Virus record (IMG/VR): IMGVR_UViG_3300003332_000015
Location: 82,576-146,575 of that record
From: a virus
Lineage: Duplodnaviria; Heunggongvirae; Uroviricota; Caudoviricetes
Reading direction: 5' to 3' (one strand)
DNA: 64,000 nucleotides
Every line of letters begins with the position of its first letter. The first letter of the stretch is position 1. The translations under genes and the position numbers were made by a program. Positions 45,863-55,524 of the stretch are shown one piece after another. A model generated the notes under the pieces. The model had not been told where the DNA came from, searched no databases, and saw only the letters and a list, made by a program, of their open reading frames with translations.

Positions 45863-46186
45863 ATGAAAGAACTACTATTTTCAATTACCAAAAAAGACTT
45901 TACTGTAACCTGGTTCTCAGGGACTGGGGCAGGAGGTCAACATAGAAATAAGCACCAAAACTGTTGCAGAATTAAACATAATGAATCAGGTGTTATCGGA
46001 ACAGGGCAGTCTAATCGAACAAGAATAGCAAATCAAAAAGAAGCTTTCAACAGTTTAACAAAGAATTTTAAATTTAAGTTATGGCTTAATAAGAAAATAT
46101 TTGAAATAGACTTAGATGTACAAGCAATTCAGGACAGAGTTGACAAGCAAATGCAACCAGAAAACATAAAAATCGAATATTTTTAA
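45863..46186 (+). CDS. GGQ-domain peptidyl-tRNA hydrolase (ArfB/RF-1-domain-like)
   Basis: FSGTGAGGQHRNKHQN...IGTGQSNRTRIANQKEA matches the release-factor/ArfB GGQ catalytic domain. Confidence 0.7.
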   Translation: MKELLFSITKKDFTVTWFSGTGAGGQHRNKHQNCCRIKHNESGVIGTGQSNRTRIANQKEAFNSLTKNFKFKLWLNKKIFEIDLDVQAIQDRVDKQMQPENIKIEYF

Positions 46187-46265
46187 AAAAATTTAAAAAA
46201 AACCTTGTGTTTCTATTCTTTCGGTACTATAATATAAGTATAAACAATTAGAAAGGAGAAACAGA

Positions 46266-46571
46266 ATGGAAAAATACATGTTAATGGAACACAATAATTT
46301 AACAGAACTTATACAAGTATACAAAGGTGATATTACTAAAAAAGAAGATTTAATTGTTGGTGTTTATAGTTATAGTGTTTTATATGGACATACTGACTTT
46401 AATGAGATGGATGTTGATCAGGACCTAATAAAAGAACACAATATTAAGTTTAAACCAATTACTACTATCTTAGCAAATTTAATATTAGAAAAAATGAAAA
46501 AATTAACTATTTCTAATACTGCTGTAATTGATGTAACTGATCTTAATAATCCAGTAGTAAAGGAACTTTAA
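46266..46571 (+). CDS. hypothetical protein
   Basis: 101 aa. Confidence 0.4.
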   Translation: MEKYMLMEHNNLTELIQVYKGDITKKEDLIVGVYSYSVLYGHTDFNEMDVDQDLIKEHNIKFKPITTILANLILEKMKKLTISNTAVIDVTDLNNPVVKEL

Positions 46572-46572
46572 A

Positions 46573-46839
46573 ATGACAAAAATTGAAGAACTTCGTAAAC
46601 AGTTATTAATACTTACTAATCCTGCTGAACGTAAAATAGTTATAATGGCAATACAAAAAGAGCATAATCGTTCAGTTGTTGAACGTGGTAACAAACAAGC
46701 TTTTATTGAAAATGAAGTTCGTAAAACACGTAAAAAAGAATTAGTACAGTTTAATCAAAAAGTAATAAAAAGTATAGTTGAATTTATAGACGAAGAATAC
46801 TATAAAAGACAAGCATTAATTTTAAAGGAGATAATATGA
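46573..46839 (+). CDS. hypothetical protein
   Basis: 88 aa. Confidence 0.4.
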   Translation: MTKIEELRKQLLILTNPAERKIVIMAIQKEHNRSVVERGNKQAFIENEVRKTRKKELVQFNQKVIKSIVEFIDEEYYKRQALILKEII

Positions 46840-47222
46840 AACAGAAAATTACATGGAAAATGTTAAAAGAACAGAAAGAATTTGCTAAGCAATACCCTAA
46901 ATGGAAGCATTTCTATTTAGACACACGTAAAAGGTTTTTGAATCAACTTACAGTTGTTCGTGCTTATAAAAAAACAAAATGGTTTTTATCAGAGTTGATT
47001 GGTATATGTTCAGCTGGTGGTGATGGTGATTGTGATGGACATTCTGAACGATATGTACTTAGATTTTTATTTGTAGAGTGTTATCTTGGAAGTACTTTTT
47101 CAAGATCCTTTACAGCACCTTCTAATGTATCATATAACTGTTCACATGGACTGGAATGGAAATTAAAAGATCTTCTCCAAAGTTGGAGATGGGGATTTAA
47201 CTCAATGTGGAAGGTAATATAA
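46836..47222 (+). CDS. hypothetical Cys-rich protein
   Basis: 128 aa, CSAGGDGDCDGH. Confidence 0.4.
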   Translation: MKQKITWKMLKEQKEFAKQYPKWKHFYLDTRKRFLNQLTVVRAYKKTKWFLSELIGICSAGGDGDCDGHSERYVLRFLFVECYLGSTFSRSFTAPSNVSYNCSHGLEWKLKDLLQSWRWGFNSMWKVI

Positions 47223-47295
47223 ATGAACTATTTATCATCTTTGTACTTACTGTTACTAGTAATAGTTATGTTTACCATCGGTTGTATAAAAGACG

Positions 47296-47532
47296 GTGGT
47301 ATTAAACATTTTACAAGAAACTTTTTTGGAGATAATGATGAAAAAGAAAATAGTTCTTGGTAGTATGGTTTTACAATCTTTTGTTGTACACTTGAAAAAC
47401 AATAAAGATTTAAAAGTCTCCAGAAGTAAAACTTGGAAAAGTTATGTAGATGGAAAGTCTGTTAGTGAAGATATGGATGCACATAAATATATGATGGATC
47501 TTTGGGATGAATTTATAAAAGGAAGGAGTTAG
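47296..47532 (+). CDS. small hypothetical protein
   Basis: 78 aa; start uncertain (internal MMKKK). Confidence 0.3.
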   Translation: MVLNILQETFLEIMMKKKIVLGSMVLQSFVVHLKNNKDLKVSRSKTWKSYVDGKSVSEDMDAHKYMMDLWDEFIKGRS

Positions 47533-47535
47533 AAA

Positions 47536-48066
47536 ATGAATGATTTTGAACTATTGAAAAAGAGGATTAAAGATTTTGAAAATACTCAAAGGTATTATTC
47601 AGATACAGGGGCATTTGATACAGAGCCTTGTTATTTATTTCATATCAAGTTACATGACATTTTTACTAATGAAGTTTATACAGATTCGACAGTAGAAGAA
47701 TGGGATTTATATAAACCCAATTATAAACATGAAAAGATAAAAGTTTCTTTTGCTGTTAATAAAATGAATGCCATTATAAGAGATATATTTCTAATAATGG
47801 GTCGTATTAACGATAGAGAAAAACTTCGTTTATACCTTAAAGATTTTGCTTGGAGAGTTTCATGGGAAACAGAAGAACTTGATAAAGAAGAGCAAGCTAT
47901 AGAAGTTCTTGAAAATAGAGTTGAGGAGTTAACTTGTTACATGAGAACATTAGACTCTTATGCAAATATAACTAAACAATGTCCTAACTGTAAAAAGTAT
48001 ATGATGCTTGAAGGTTATGTTTGTTTCGGTTGTGGTTATGATGATTCAGATAATGAAGGAGAATAA
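47536..48066 (+). CDS. hypothetical protein with C-terminal zinc ribbon
   Basis: CPNC...CFGC. Confidence 0.45.
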   Translation: MNDFELLKKRIKDFENTQRYYSDTGAFDTEPCYLFHIKLHDIFTNEVYTDSTVEEWDLYKPNYKHEKIKVSFAVNKMNAIIRDIFLIMGRINDREKLRLYLKDFAWRVSWETEELDKEEQAIEVLENRVEELTCYMRTLDSYANITKQCPNCKKYMMLEGYVCFGCGYDDSDNEGE

Positions 48067-48067
48067 A

Positions 48068-48328
48068 ATGAAAGTATTTGGTTATAGTGTAATAATTACA
48101 AAAACACCTCCAAATGGAGATGGTAGTACAATGTTAATAAATAAAAAGTTTGCAAAAGAATATTGCAGACGGTTTAAAAAAGAACAGTATACACAAAACC
48201 GTTTACCTTACATTAAACAACTCATAACAGCTCATAGGTCAGCTTTTGGTAGACCAAGTGGTTTACAGTCAACAAAGAGGTTTTTAGACGAATATTTCAA
48301 TTATGACCATATAATGACCTCAGTATAA
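48068..48328 (+). CDS. hypothetical protein
   Basis: ATG at 48068 after GGAG; the track ORF starts earlier in an overlapping frame. Confidence 0.4.
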   Translation: MKVFGYSVIITKTPPNGDGSTMLINKKFAKEYCRRFKKEQYTQNRLPYIKQLITAHRSAFGRPSGLQSTKRFLDEYFNYDHIMTSV

Positions 48329-48329
48329 A

Positions 48330-48372
48330 ATTATTTAAAAAAGTTTAAAAAATTATTATTATATTAATGAGG
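48330..48372 (+). promoter_or_regulatory. phage promoter motif upstream of the SLT lysozyme
   Basis: ttatttaaaaaagtttaaaaaattattattatattaatgagg. Confidence 0.5.
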
Positions 48373-48882
48373 AAAAAAATGAAAAACGAAACTAAAATTG
48401 GAATAGTATTTATATTAACAATAATATTCTTTTTTATTGTACCGTCTTTAATGAATTCAGAAATAATCGACTCACCTTATCTTAATTGGTTTATTGATAG
48501 ATGTGCTGTTCATGATGTTGATTTAGAGGTAGTACTTGCAGTTGCCATTGTTGAATCTAATATAGAAATGGTAATTTCACATCCTAATAGTAATAACAGT
48601 TTTGATATTGGAATAATGCAGTTAAACAGTAAATATTTAAATTATCATACTGAACAATTTTGGTATAAAAATAGAATTTTTGATGTTAATGATCCTGAAG
48701 ATAATATTGAGATGGGAATACTTATACTGAAGAATCTTTATATTCAAACAGGTAGTTGGGATTTAGCAGTACAAGCATATAATATTGGTTGCTCAAAACT
48801 TAAACAAGATCCTGATTCGGGAAAATCTTATTTAGTTAAAGTTATAAATGTATTAAATACACTTGAATTAAGGAAAATGTAG
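48367..48882 (+). CDS. lytic transglycosylase (SLT-domain) with N-terminal signal/TM
   Basis: AIVESN...FDIGIMQLN SLT catalytic region. Confidence 0.7.
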   Translation: MRKKMKNETKIGIVFILTIIFFFIVPSLMNSEIIDSPYLNWFIDRCAVHDVDLEVVLAVAIVESNIEMVISHPNSNNSFDIGIMQLNSKYLNYHTEQFWYKNRIFDVNDPEDNIEMGILILKNLYIQTGSWDLAVQAYNIGCSKLKQDPDSGKSYLVKVINVLNTLELRKM

Positions 48883-49206
48883 ATGAAAGATACAGAAGAG
48901 ATAATAGATGATATGAGTATTTTAGAAGAATTCAATAATATTCCTTTAAATTTAGAAATACTCGCTGAAGAATGTGCTGAGATTATTAAAATAAAATCGA
49001 AGATTATAAGGTTCGGTTTAGAGGAAACTCATCCTAATGATGATACAGTAACAAATAAAGATAAATTAGAAAAAGAAATTGGTCATTTTCTTTTAATAAT
49101 GGAAATACTTATTAGTAATGGGGTAGTAACAAAAAAAGGAATTGATGCTGGAATGGATCATAAATTAGATAAACTACCTAAATGGTATACATACAAAGGA
49201 GAATAA
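48883..49206 (+). CDS. hypothetical protein (possible MazG-like all-alpha NTP-PPase fold)
   Basis: EECAEII...EIGHFLLIME; weak. Confidence 0.35.
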   Translation: MKDTEEIIDDMSILEEFNNIPLNLEILAEECAEIIKIKSKIIRFGLEETHPNDDTVTNKDKLEKEIGHFLLIMEILISNGVVTKKGIDAGMDHKLDKLPKWYTYKGE

Positions 49207-49207
49207 G

Positions 49208-49399
49208 ATGAAGAAAATGTTAATCATATTAGTTATATTTTTATTATTGGGTTCTTGTACTACTGTTCAGTGGGACAATATGTCACAAAACGATAAGAGA
49301 GCAACTATCATCTATACTGCTGTAGGTGTTCTTTATGCTGGTGGAATGACTTATTGGGTAATGAATCCTATGGAAACACAGGTAGATTGGCCACAATAA
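49208..49399 (+). CDS. small lipoprotein (lipobox LLGSC)
   Basis: Signal peptide with LGSC lipobox; possibly lysis-associated (o-spanin-like position near the lysozyme). Confidence 0.45.
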   Translation: MKKMLIILVIFLLLGSCTTVQWDNMSQNDKRATIIYTAVGVLYAGGMTYWVMNPMETQVDWPQ

Positions 49400-49632
49400 A
49401 AATAAATAAATCACATGTAAGGAGAAATAAAAAATGGGTATGCAGGAAACAGGAATTACTAACACAGAGGAAGAGAAAATTTTAGATTTTGATACATTTG
49501 TTGCTGAAGTAATTATGAAAGATGACGAAAAGAAAAAGTACTTTCAGTGGTATCTCGATAAGTGGAATGGTTTAGTAAAGAAGAATTAAATGGTGGAGTA
49601 ATGAAGAGAAGAAAGAGAACGTAAAGTGATGA

Positions 49633-49869
49633 ATGAAGAAATGTATGGAGGATGGTAAAGTGTACTACTATACAAATATACATTTTTATATTGACCCTAA
49701 AAGAATACCTAAAAATGTAGTAGTAATTATTTCTGATGCTCGGTCTAATGGGTTAGCTTTATATGCTGATAATAAAAAATGTTTTGATAAGTTAAGTAAA
49801 TGTCCTGTACAGTTACCTTTACCAAAACAGGAATGTGAACAGTATTTTTTATATGAAAAACTTAAATGA
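49633..49869 (+). CDS. small hypothetical protein
   Basis: 78 aa. Confidence 0.3.
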   Translation: MKKCMEDGKVYYYTNIHFYIDPKRIPKNVVVIISDARSNGLALYADNKKCFDKLSKCPVQLPLPKQECEQYFLYEKLK

Positions 49870-50194
49870 TTATCGTCTAAGGATGGTTATAAAAAATCAA
49901 ACAGTTATGAATTTGATTATTGGGTAGAAGAATACCCAAAGGAGATGTATATAGATGAATGTTGAAACAGGTGAGATAAAAAGGTATACTAATGAAGAAC
50001 TAAAAGAATCTTTGAAGTCTGAACCTTTAGTTTCAGTTGAGGAAAAGGATATGACTAAGAAGTAAAAGATAACTGGGGTAGTCAGTAAATTTGATAATAA
50101 GTCAAAGCTTGGTAAAAAATTTACAACTGCAAGAGCAGAAAGAAAGTGGAAAGCAAAACAAATAAGGAATCAAAATAAAAAAAATTAAAACTCT

Positions 50195-50236
50195 TCTTAA
50201 AAAAATTTAAAAAAGTGTCATTATATAAATGTAAGT
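50195..50236 (+). promoter_or_regulatory. phage promoter motif (variant)
   Basis: ttaaaaaaatttaaaaaagtgtcattatataaatgtaagt. Confidence 0.45.
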
Positions 50237-50257
50237 AAATAATAAGTAGGAGGAAAA

Positions 50258-50569
50258 ATGAGAAATAGAAGACAGATACGACACTTAGATGATAAGAAGA
50301 ATGCTCAGTCAGCTCATTTCAAAAAAAGAGTTAGAGAAAGATATAATATATTTTTTAATAATGAAGATAAAAGAATAGCTCTAGAGGACATAAGATCGAG
50401 TAGACAGAATGCTAGTTTTATATCAGCAGAAAGTAGAACTAGAGAAACTTGGGTGATTGTACTTAAAGGAGTAAAACTTCCAGTAGTGTACGATCGTAAA
50501 AGACATAATCTAGTTACTTGCTTAGATTGGGAATGGGTAACACCAGAAGAAATTGAAAAAAGGAGATAA
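50258..50569 (+). CDS. hypothetical protein
   Basis: 103 aa after a promoter motif. Confidence 0.45.
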   Translation: MRNRRQIRHLDDKKNAQSAHFKKRVRERYNIFFNNEDKRIALEDIRSSRQNASFISAESRTRETWVIVLKGVKLPVVYDRKRHNLVTCLDWEWVTPEEIEKRR

Positions 50570-50603
50570 TCAGTAATTTAAAATATTTATTTTTTATTCT
50601 TAA

Positions 50604-50638
50604 ACCCTCTATTAAACAGTAGTAGAGGGTTTTTTTTA
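50604..50638 (+). terminator. rho-independent terminator
   Basis: ccctcta...tagaggg stem followed by T8. Confidence 0.75.
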
Positions 50639-50648
50639 ATTTTTATTA

Positions 50649-50672
50649 AAAAACAGTTACTAATATAATATG
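50649..50672 (+). promoter_or_regulatory. AAACAGTTACTAATATAATATG start-codon-fused motif (second copy)
   Basis: Near-identical to 16592-16617; sits between a rho-independent terminator and the terminase-like gene. Confidence 0.4.
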
Positions 50673-52736
50673 AATGAAATTGAAAACACTAAATATATAC
50701 TTAAAGATATGTTGTATGGAAATACAAATACTCAAAAAAAAGATGATATAAGTTTAACAGGACAAGAACTACAAGAAGCGTTAAAATTAATTCTTAATAA
50801 TGAAAAACTTAATGATTCAGAAAAAAAATATTTTATAGAAAATACTTGGAGAATACATTATAATGTTCGTCCACCAACAGTAGACGAATTTTTAACACCT
50901 AAATGGATAGGTGCTATAGCAGATGGTTTATATCCACAAGTAAGAGAAACATTTAAAGCATTCTTTCATCCATACTCTGGTAAAAGGGTTCTTGCTTTAT
51001 CAACAGCCATAGGTTGGGGCAAGAGCAGTTTGGCGACTTTAATAGTTGTCTACATAATAGTACATTTACAGTACATGAAGAATCCTAAAGAATTTTTTAA
51101 TTTAAATGAAATGGGTTCTATAGTAATTGCATTATTATCTTTTACAATGAAAAAAGTTAATCAAATTTTATTAACACCGTTTACTAATGTACTAAGATCA
51201 TCTCCTATGTTTGAAAGAGTGAGACATGAAGATAGACTACTTCTAAAACAGGAAGAAATTGGTAAATATAAAATTGCATATACTTCAGCAGGGAGAATGG
51301 GAGCTTTTCAATTCTCTAAAGATATACATATTGCAGTTATGTCTGATAGATCAGCTCTACTTGGTATGAATATAATTGCAGGAGTTGCTAGTGAGATTTC
51401 TTTTTGGATTGAAAAAGGAGTAAGTGTAGAAGAAATATGGGGAACATTCAGTGATTTAAGAGAACGTATAAACTCAAGATTTCATCATAGATATTTAACA
51501 GCAACAATACTTGATTCATCTCCTTTAGATTTATCTTTATCACCTATAGATAAATGGTTGTATACTCCTGGTGAAGCTGATGCTGATCCTGAAGTAATGT
51601 TTGTTAATGAAAAGCATTGGGAAGTATTCCCAGAAAAATACCCTATATGGAGTAAAACAAAAGAAACATTTCCAGTATACAGAGGATCGGCAGCAAAGCC
51701 TCCTAAAGTAATTAGTAAAAAAGAAATAAACAATTATGGAAAAGAGGAAGTATTTGCTGTTCCTATAGATCTTGAATTAGCTTTTCAAAATAATACTAAA
51801 AAAATGGTTGCTGATTATGCCGCTTGGCCTGCAGGTGGAATAGCAAAATTAATTGATAACTTTGATTATATAGATGGTATATTTGATGATAGACTACAAA
51901 ATATTTATACTTATATAACTGCTTCTTCGATAAAGGATCCTGAAAGACTTATATGGGATCAAATAAAAGATTTATTCTTTATTAAAGCAGGTGAAACTTA
52001 TAATTTTTATAGAGCACCTAAAGCTAGGAGAGCAATACATATTGACCTTGCAGAGAGTGGAGATATGGCATCACTTTCCATGACGCATTTAGAAACAGGA
52101 GTACCTTCCGGTAAATTATTTTTAGTTAATGACTTTACTTTAGCGATATCACCAGAAAAGTCAAAAATTAATTTAGATGCAGTAGCTTCATTTATAACAG
52201 ATTTAAAAGTTCTTGGTAGAATAACACTTTATAAAGTAACTGCTGATCAATATCAGAGTTCAGCAATGTTACAAAGGTTAGATAGACTAGGTATTAATGT
52301 TGGTAAATTGTCTGTTGACAGAGAGACTTCACCATATAGAACAGTATCATCTTGGATGTTCAGTGAGAAAGTTAAAGTTGGTAGAAATATATTTTTAAAG
52401 AATAATTTTAAAAGTTTAGTTGAAACACGTACTGATTCAGGAAAGACTAAAATAGATCATAGTAAAGGTAAAATTGTTTATGAAGATGGTGCAGACTGGG
52501 TAAAATCTTTTATGGGAGTTAATGCAAAGGATATATCAGATTCTTTTACAGGGTCTGCTTATACACTTATAACTGAACTAAATAAAAAGATTCCTTTTTA
52601 TACATGGGATGAACTGTATGATCCTAACGATTTTAAAGATGTTAGCTATCAAACAAAGAAACATATAAAGAAGAAATTTATTGGAGCAACACTAAACAAA
52701 GATGAATCATCAAATTTACAAGATATAATGTTTTAA
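50670..52736 (+). CDS. large terminase-like ATPase-nuclease (tentative)
   Basis: Walker-A-like ALSTAIGWGKSS near the N-terminal third and a C-terminal acidic IDLAESGD nuclease-like motif; size fits TerL. Confidence 0.45.
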   Translation: MNEIENTKYILKDMLYGNTNTQKKDDISLTGQELQEALKLILNNEKLNDSEKKYFIENTWRIHYNVRPPTVDEFLTPKWIGAIADGLYPQVRETFKAFFHPYSGKRVLALSTAIGWGKSSLATLIVVYIIVHLQYMKNPKEFFNLNEMGSIVIALLSFTMKKVNQILLTPFTNVLRSSPMFERVRHEDRLLLKQEEIGKYKIAYTSAGRMGAFQFSKDIHIAVMSDRSALLGMNIIAGVASEISFWIEKGVSVEEIWGTFSDLRERINSRFHHRYLTATILDSSPLDLSLSPIDKWLYTPGEADADPEVMFVNEKHWEVFPEKYPIWSKTKETFPVYRGSAAKPPKVISKKEINNYGKEEVFAVPIDLELAFQNNTKKMVADYAAWPAGGIAKLIDNFDYIDGIFDDRLQNIYTYITASSIKDPERLIWDQIKDLFFIKAGETYNFYRAPKARRAIHIDLAESGDMASLSMTHLETGVPSGKLFLVNDFTLAISPEKSKINLDAVASFITDLKVLGRITLYKVTADQYQSSAMLQRLDRLGINVGKLSVDRETSPYRTVSSWMFSEKVKVGRNIFLKNNFKSLVETRTDSGKTKIDHSKGKIVYEDGADWVKSFMGVNAKDISDSFTGSAYTLITELNKKIPFYTWDELYDPNDFKDVSYQTKKHIKKKFIGATLNKDESSNLQDIMF

Positions 52737-52739
52737 TTA

Positions 52740-52776
52740 AAAAAGATGATTTTTTTATTATTATAATAGTATAGGA
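52740..52776 (+). promoter_or_regulatory. phage promoter motif
   Basis: aaaaagatgatttttttattattataatagtatagg. Confidence 0.45.
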
Positions 52777-52946
52777 GAACAACAATGAGTAAGGAAACAG
52801 AAAAATTAGTTGAAGTAAATGGTAAAAAAGTAAACAACGAAGAACTTAAAAAGAAAAAAGAAGAAGTTAAAGAAATGCCACAAGCAGACTTAGTAGAGAC
52901 TCAACCAAATGTGTATAAAACTAGACTTCGAGATTAGGAGAACTGT

Positions 52947-53291
52947 TTGAAACTAACTAATAAAGGTCGTGAGACTATAGAGAAAATGCACTTGATAAGT
53001 GGTTTAAAAAAAGCTGACATACGTACTTTCTTTGAGTCAATGTTTACTTTGTCAGTATTAGATTATTTAGAAAAAGAAAATACTCATTTACCGTTTATAG
53101 GATCTTTAAGTATTGAGTATATAAAAGAAAAATATGATAACAATTTAAAATCTGCTCAATTAAAAGTAATAGTAGAACCTGATGATGACCTTGAAAGAAA
53201 CATAGGTCAAATAGTAGATGGAGATACAACGGATATTGAACAGATATTCGAAAAGAGAATTCAAGCATCATTAGATTTATACTTAGAATAA
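52947..53291 (+). CDS. hypothetical protein
   Basis: 114 aa. Confidence 0.35.
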   Translation: MKLTNKGRETIEKMHLISGLKKADIRTFFESMFTLSVLDYLEKENTHLPFIGSLSIEYIKEKYDNNLKSAQLKVIVEPDDDLERNIGQIVDGDTTDIEQIFEKRIQASLDLYLE

Positions 53292-53303
53292 AGGCTTAAT
53301 AAA

Positions 53304-54032
53304 ATGGATAAATATATACCTTGTAGTAAATGTGATAATGGTTGGATAATAATATTAAATGAATATGGAGTAGATGAAGCTAAAAAATGTTCTTGTTTAG
53401 AGAAATATCAAAAAGATAATACTCTTGAGATTAGTTTAAAAAAAAGTAATATACCTATGGAAGCTTTAGACTATACTATAAGAAGTTATATAGGAAAGCA
53501 ATCTTTATCTTCTGTAAAGAAATTACAAAAATATATCAAAAAATATAAACAAACTTTTTATAATAAACATATATATTTATATGGTAGTAAAGGAACTCAA
53601 AAAACTACTTTGTCATGGTGGGTTGGTAGAGAGCTACTTAAAAAAGGTGTGACAGTTAAATATATTTTAATGAATGATTTAATTAAGGAATTACAGGATG
53701 ATAATTTTAAAGATGAATCATCTATTGATCAATACTATAACGTTGACTGTTTAATTATTGACAGATCTTTTTCTAAAGAACAAATAACACTATATAAAAG
53801 TGGTTATCAATTACCGTTTTTAGATAACTTTTTAAGAAAAAGAATTGATCAATTACAAAAGTCAATAATATTTATAAGTAATATAAACATTTATGAAATA
53901 GCTGAAAATGGTTTTACTAAAGATATTGAAGATTTAATAGTTAGAAAGATAAAAGTTTTTAATTCTGATTTTCTGTTTGAAGATCATTACTCAATCAAAG
54001 ATGACTTTGATACTATAGATTTATGGAGCTAG
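53304..54032 (+). CDS. DnaC/IstB-like AAA+ helicase loader with N-terminal Cys cluster
   Basis: Walker A LYGSKGTQKTT and Walker-B-like LIIDRSF. Confidence 0.5.
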   Translation: MDKYIPCSKCDNGWIIILNEYGVDEAKKCSCLEKYQKDNTLEISLKKSNIPMEALDYTIRSYIGKQSLSSVKKLQKYIKKYKQTFYNKHIYLYGSKGTQKTTLSWWVGRELLKKGVTVKYILMNDLIKELQDDNFKDESSIDQYYNVDCLIIDRSFSKEQITLYKSGYQLPFLDNFLRKRIDQLQKSIIFISNINIYEIAENGFTKDIEDLIVRKIKVFNSDFLFEDHYSIKDDFDTIDLWS

Positions 54033-54033
54033 A

Positions 54034-55434
54034 ATGTCGATTGAAAATAATTTTATTATTCAGGAACAGAATCTTATAAGATTAATTATATCACAACCTT
54101 CTTTTTTAGGGATACTAAATACAGATTATTTAATAACTGATTCAGCAAAAAATATAGTTAAAGGTATGAAGGACTGTATACACGAAAGTCAAACTATTAG
54201 TGTTCGTAATGTGACAGCTAGATCTAACAATTATATGGACATTAGTGAAGGTCAAATACAAACATTATTTGATATCACTTTACCAGAAGACTCTTTTGAC
54301 ATACTATATAATACAGTTAAAAAAGAATGGGCAAAGGAAAATTTAAGAATAGAAGTTTTTGGTAAACTACTAAATGAAGTTTCTTCAAAAGGTCCATTTG
54401 ATCTTGAAACATTTGAAAATATTAGAAATGAAATAAATAATAACATTCAAATAATACAAGGAGTGGACGACCGTGTATATAATTTATCACAGATGTTGGA
54501 TACTTATGAGGAAGAGCTACATAGACGTAATTCTGGTTCTTCTTTTTATGATACAGGATGTAGTCATTTAAATAAACATTTAGTAGAAGGGTTTGCTCCT
54601 CAAAAAATAACTATTATATTTGGTGCTTCAGGTGTTGGTAAAAGTACATATGCTTTATACTTAATAAATAAACATATTAACAAACAAATACCTTGTATTT
54701 ATTTTTCTCCTGAAATGCCATTGATCTCAACAATGGATAGACTAATAGCACAAAGAAATAAAATACCTATATCAGAATTTTATCCTCATTTACGAGAAGA
54801 TAATAACAATGTTATTGAAGATTATGTTTTTCAAGTATTACAGAAGGAAAAAGAAAAATTAAGTAGTAATGAATTGTTTCAATTTGTTGAGCAAGAATCT
54901 ATTACTCTTGCTTATATAGAAAAAGTTATTAAAGAGTTTCTTCAAAAACAGGGTTTAAATTATGCTGTTATATTTGTTGACTTACTAACAATGATTAAAG
55001 AATTTAATATAGGTAATAAAAGTAAAGCAGACAAGTATGAAGATGCTATGAATATACTACATGAAATTGCAAGAAGACTTAATATACATATAGTAGGAGT
55101 CGTTCAAGCAAAGAGACCTCAAAATAAAGTACACATAACATCTATAGAAGATTTAGATAGATTAAGACCTGGTCCTGAAGAAATTAAAAATGCTGGAGCT
55201 ATTGAAGAAAGAGCACGTATTATAATAGGTACATTTAGAAAGAAGTTCTTTGCTGATAAATATTTACGTGATGATCCTGAAGTTGAACTTATGGATGACA
55301 TTATGGATATAAGTATACTTAAACAAAACATGGGAAAGCTCCCTATGCTACATTATTTATATAGAGGAGACATAGCTCATCTTATAAAGTACGAGTCTGT
55401 ACCGGACGAAGAAGGACAGGACACACTAGAATAA
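54034..55434 (+). CDS. dnaB: DnaB-family replicative helicase
   Basis: RecA-like C-terminal domain with Walker A IIFGASGVGKST and Walker-B-like VIFVDLLTM. Confidence 0.7.
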   Translation: MSIENNFIIQEQNLIRLIISQPSFLGILNTDYLITDSAKNIVKGMKDCIHESQTISVRNVTARSNNYMDISEGQIQTLFDITLPEDSFDILYNTVKKEWAKENLRIEVFGKLLNEVSSKGPFDLETFENIRNEINNNIQIIQGVDDRVYNLSQMLDTYEEELHRRNSGSSFYDTGCSHLNKHLVEGFAPQKITIIFGASGVGKSTYALYLINKHINKQIPCIYFSPEMPLISTMDRLIAQRNKIPISEFYPHLREDNNNVIEDYVFQVLQKEKEKLSSNELFQFVEQESITLAYIEKVIKEFLQKQGLNYAVIFVDLLTMIKEFNIGNKSKADKYEDAMNILHEIARRLNIHIVGVVQAKRPQNKVHITSIEDLDRLRPGPEEIKNAGAIEERARIIIGTFRKKFFADKYLRDDPEVELMDDIMDISILKQNMGKLPMLHYLYRGDIAHLIKYESVPDEEGQDTLE

Positions 55435-55440
55435 ACTAAA

Positions 55441-55499
55441 TTTAAAAAAATTTAAAAAAACTCTTTACAAATATTATTATATTAATGTATAATTAATGT
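55441..55499 (+). promoter_or_regulatory. phage promoter motif (duplicated core) upstream of the GHKL ATPase
   Basis: tttaaaaaaatttaaaaaaactctttacaaatattattatattaatgtataattaatgtaag. Confidence 0.5.
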
Positions 55500-55524
55500 A
55501 AGAACTAATAAATAAGGAGCGAAA

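Noticed and set aside
50670-52736. DNA polymerase or primase for the 688-aa ORF
   Set aside because: No polymerase (DxxSLYPS, YGDTDS) or primase zinc-finger/TOPRIM motifs. A Walker A plus C-terminal acidic nuclease-like motif and a position after a strong terminator fit terminase better, but this remains tentative.
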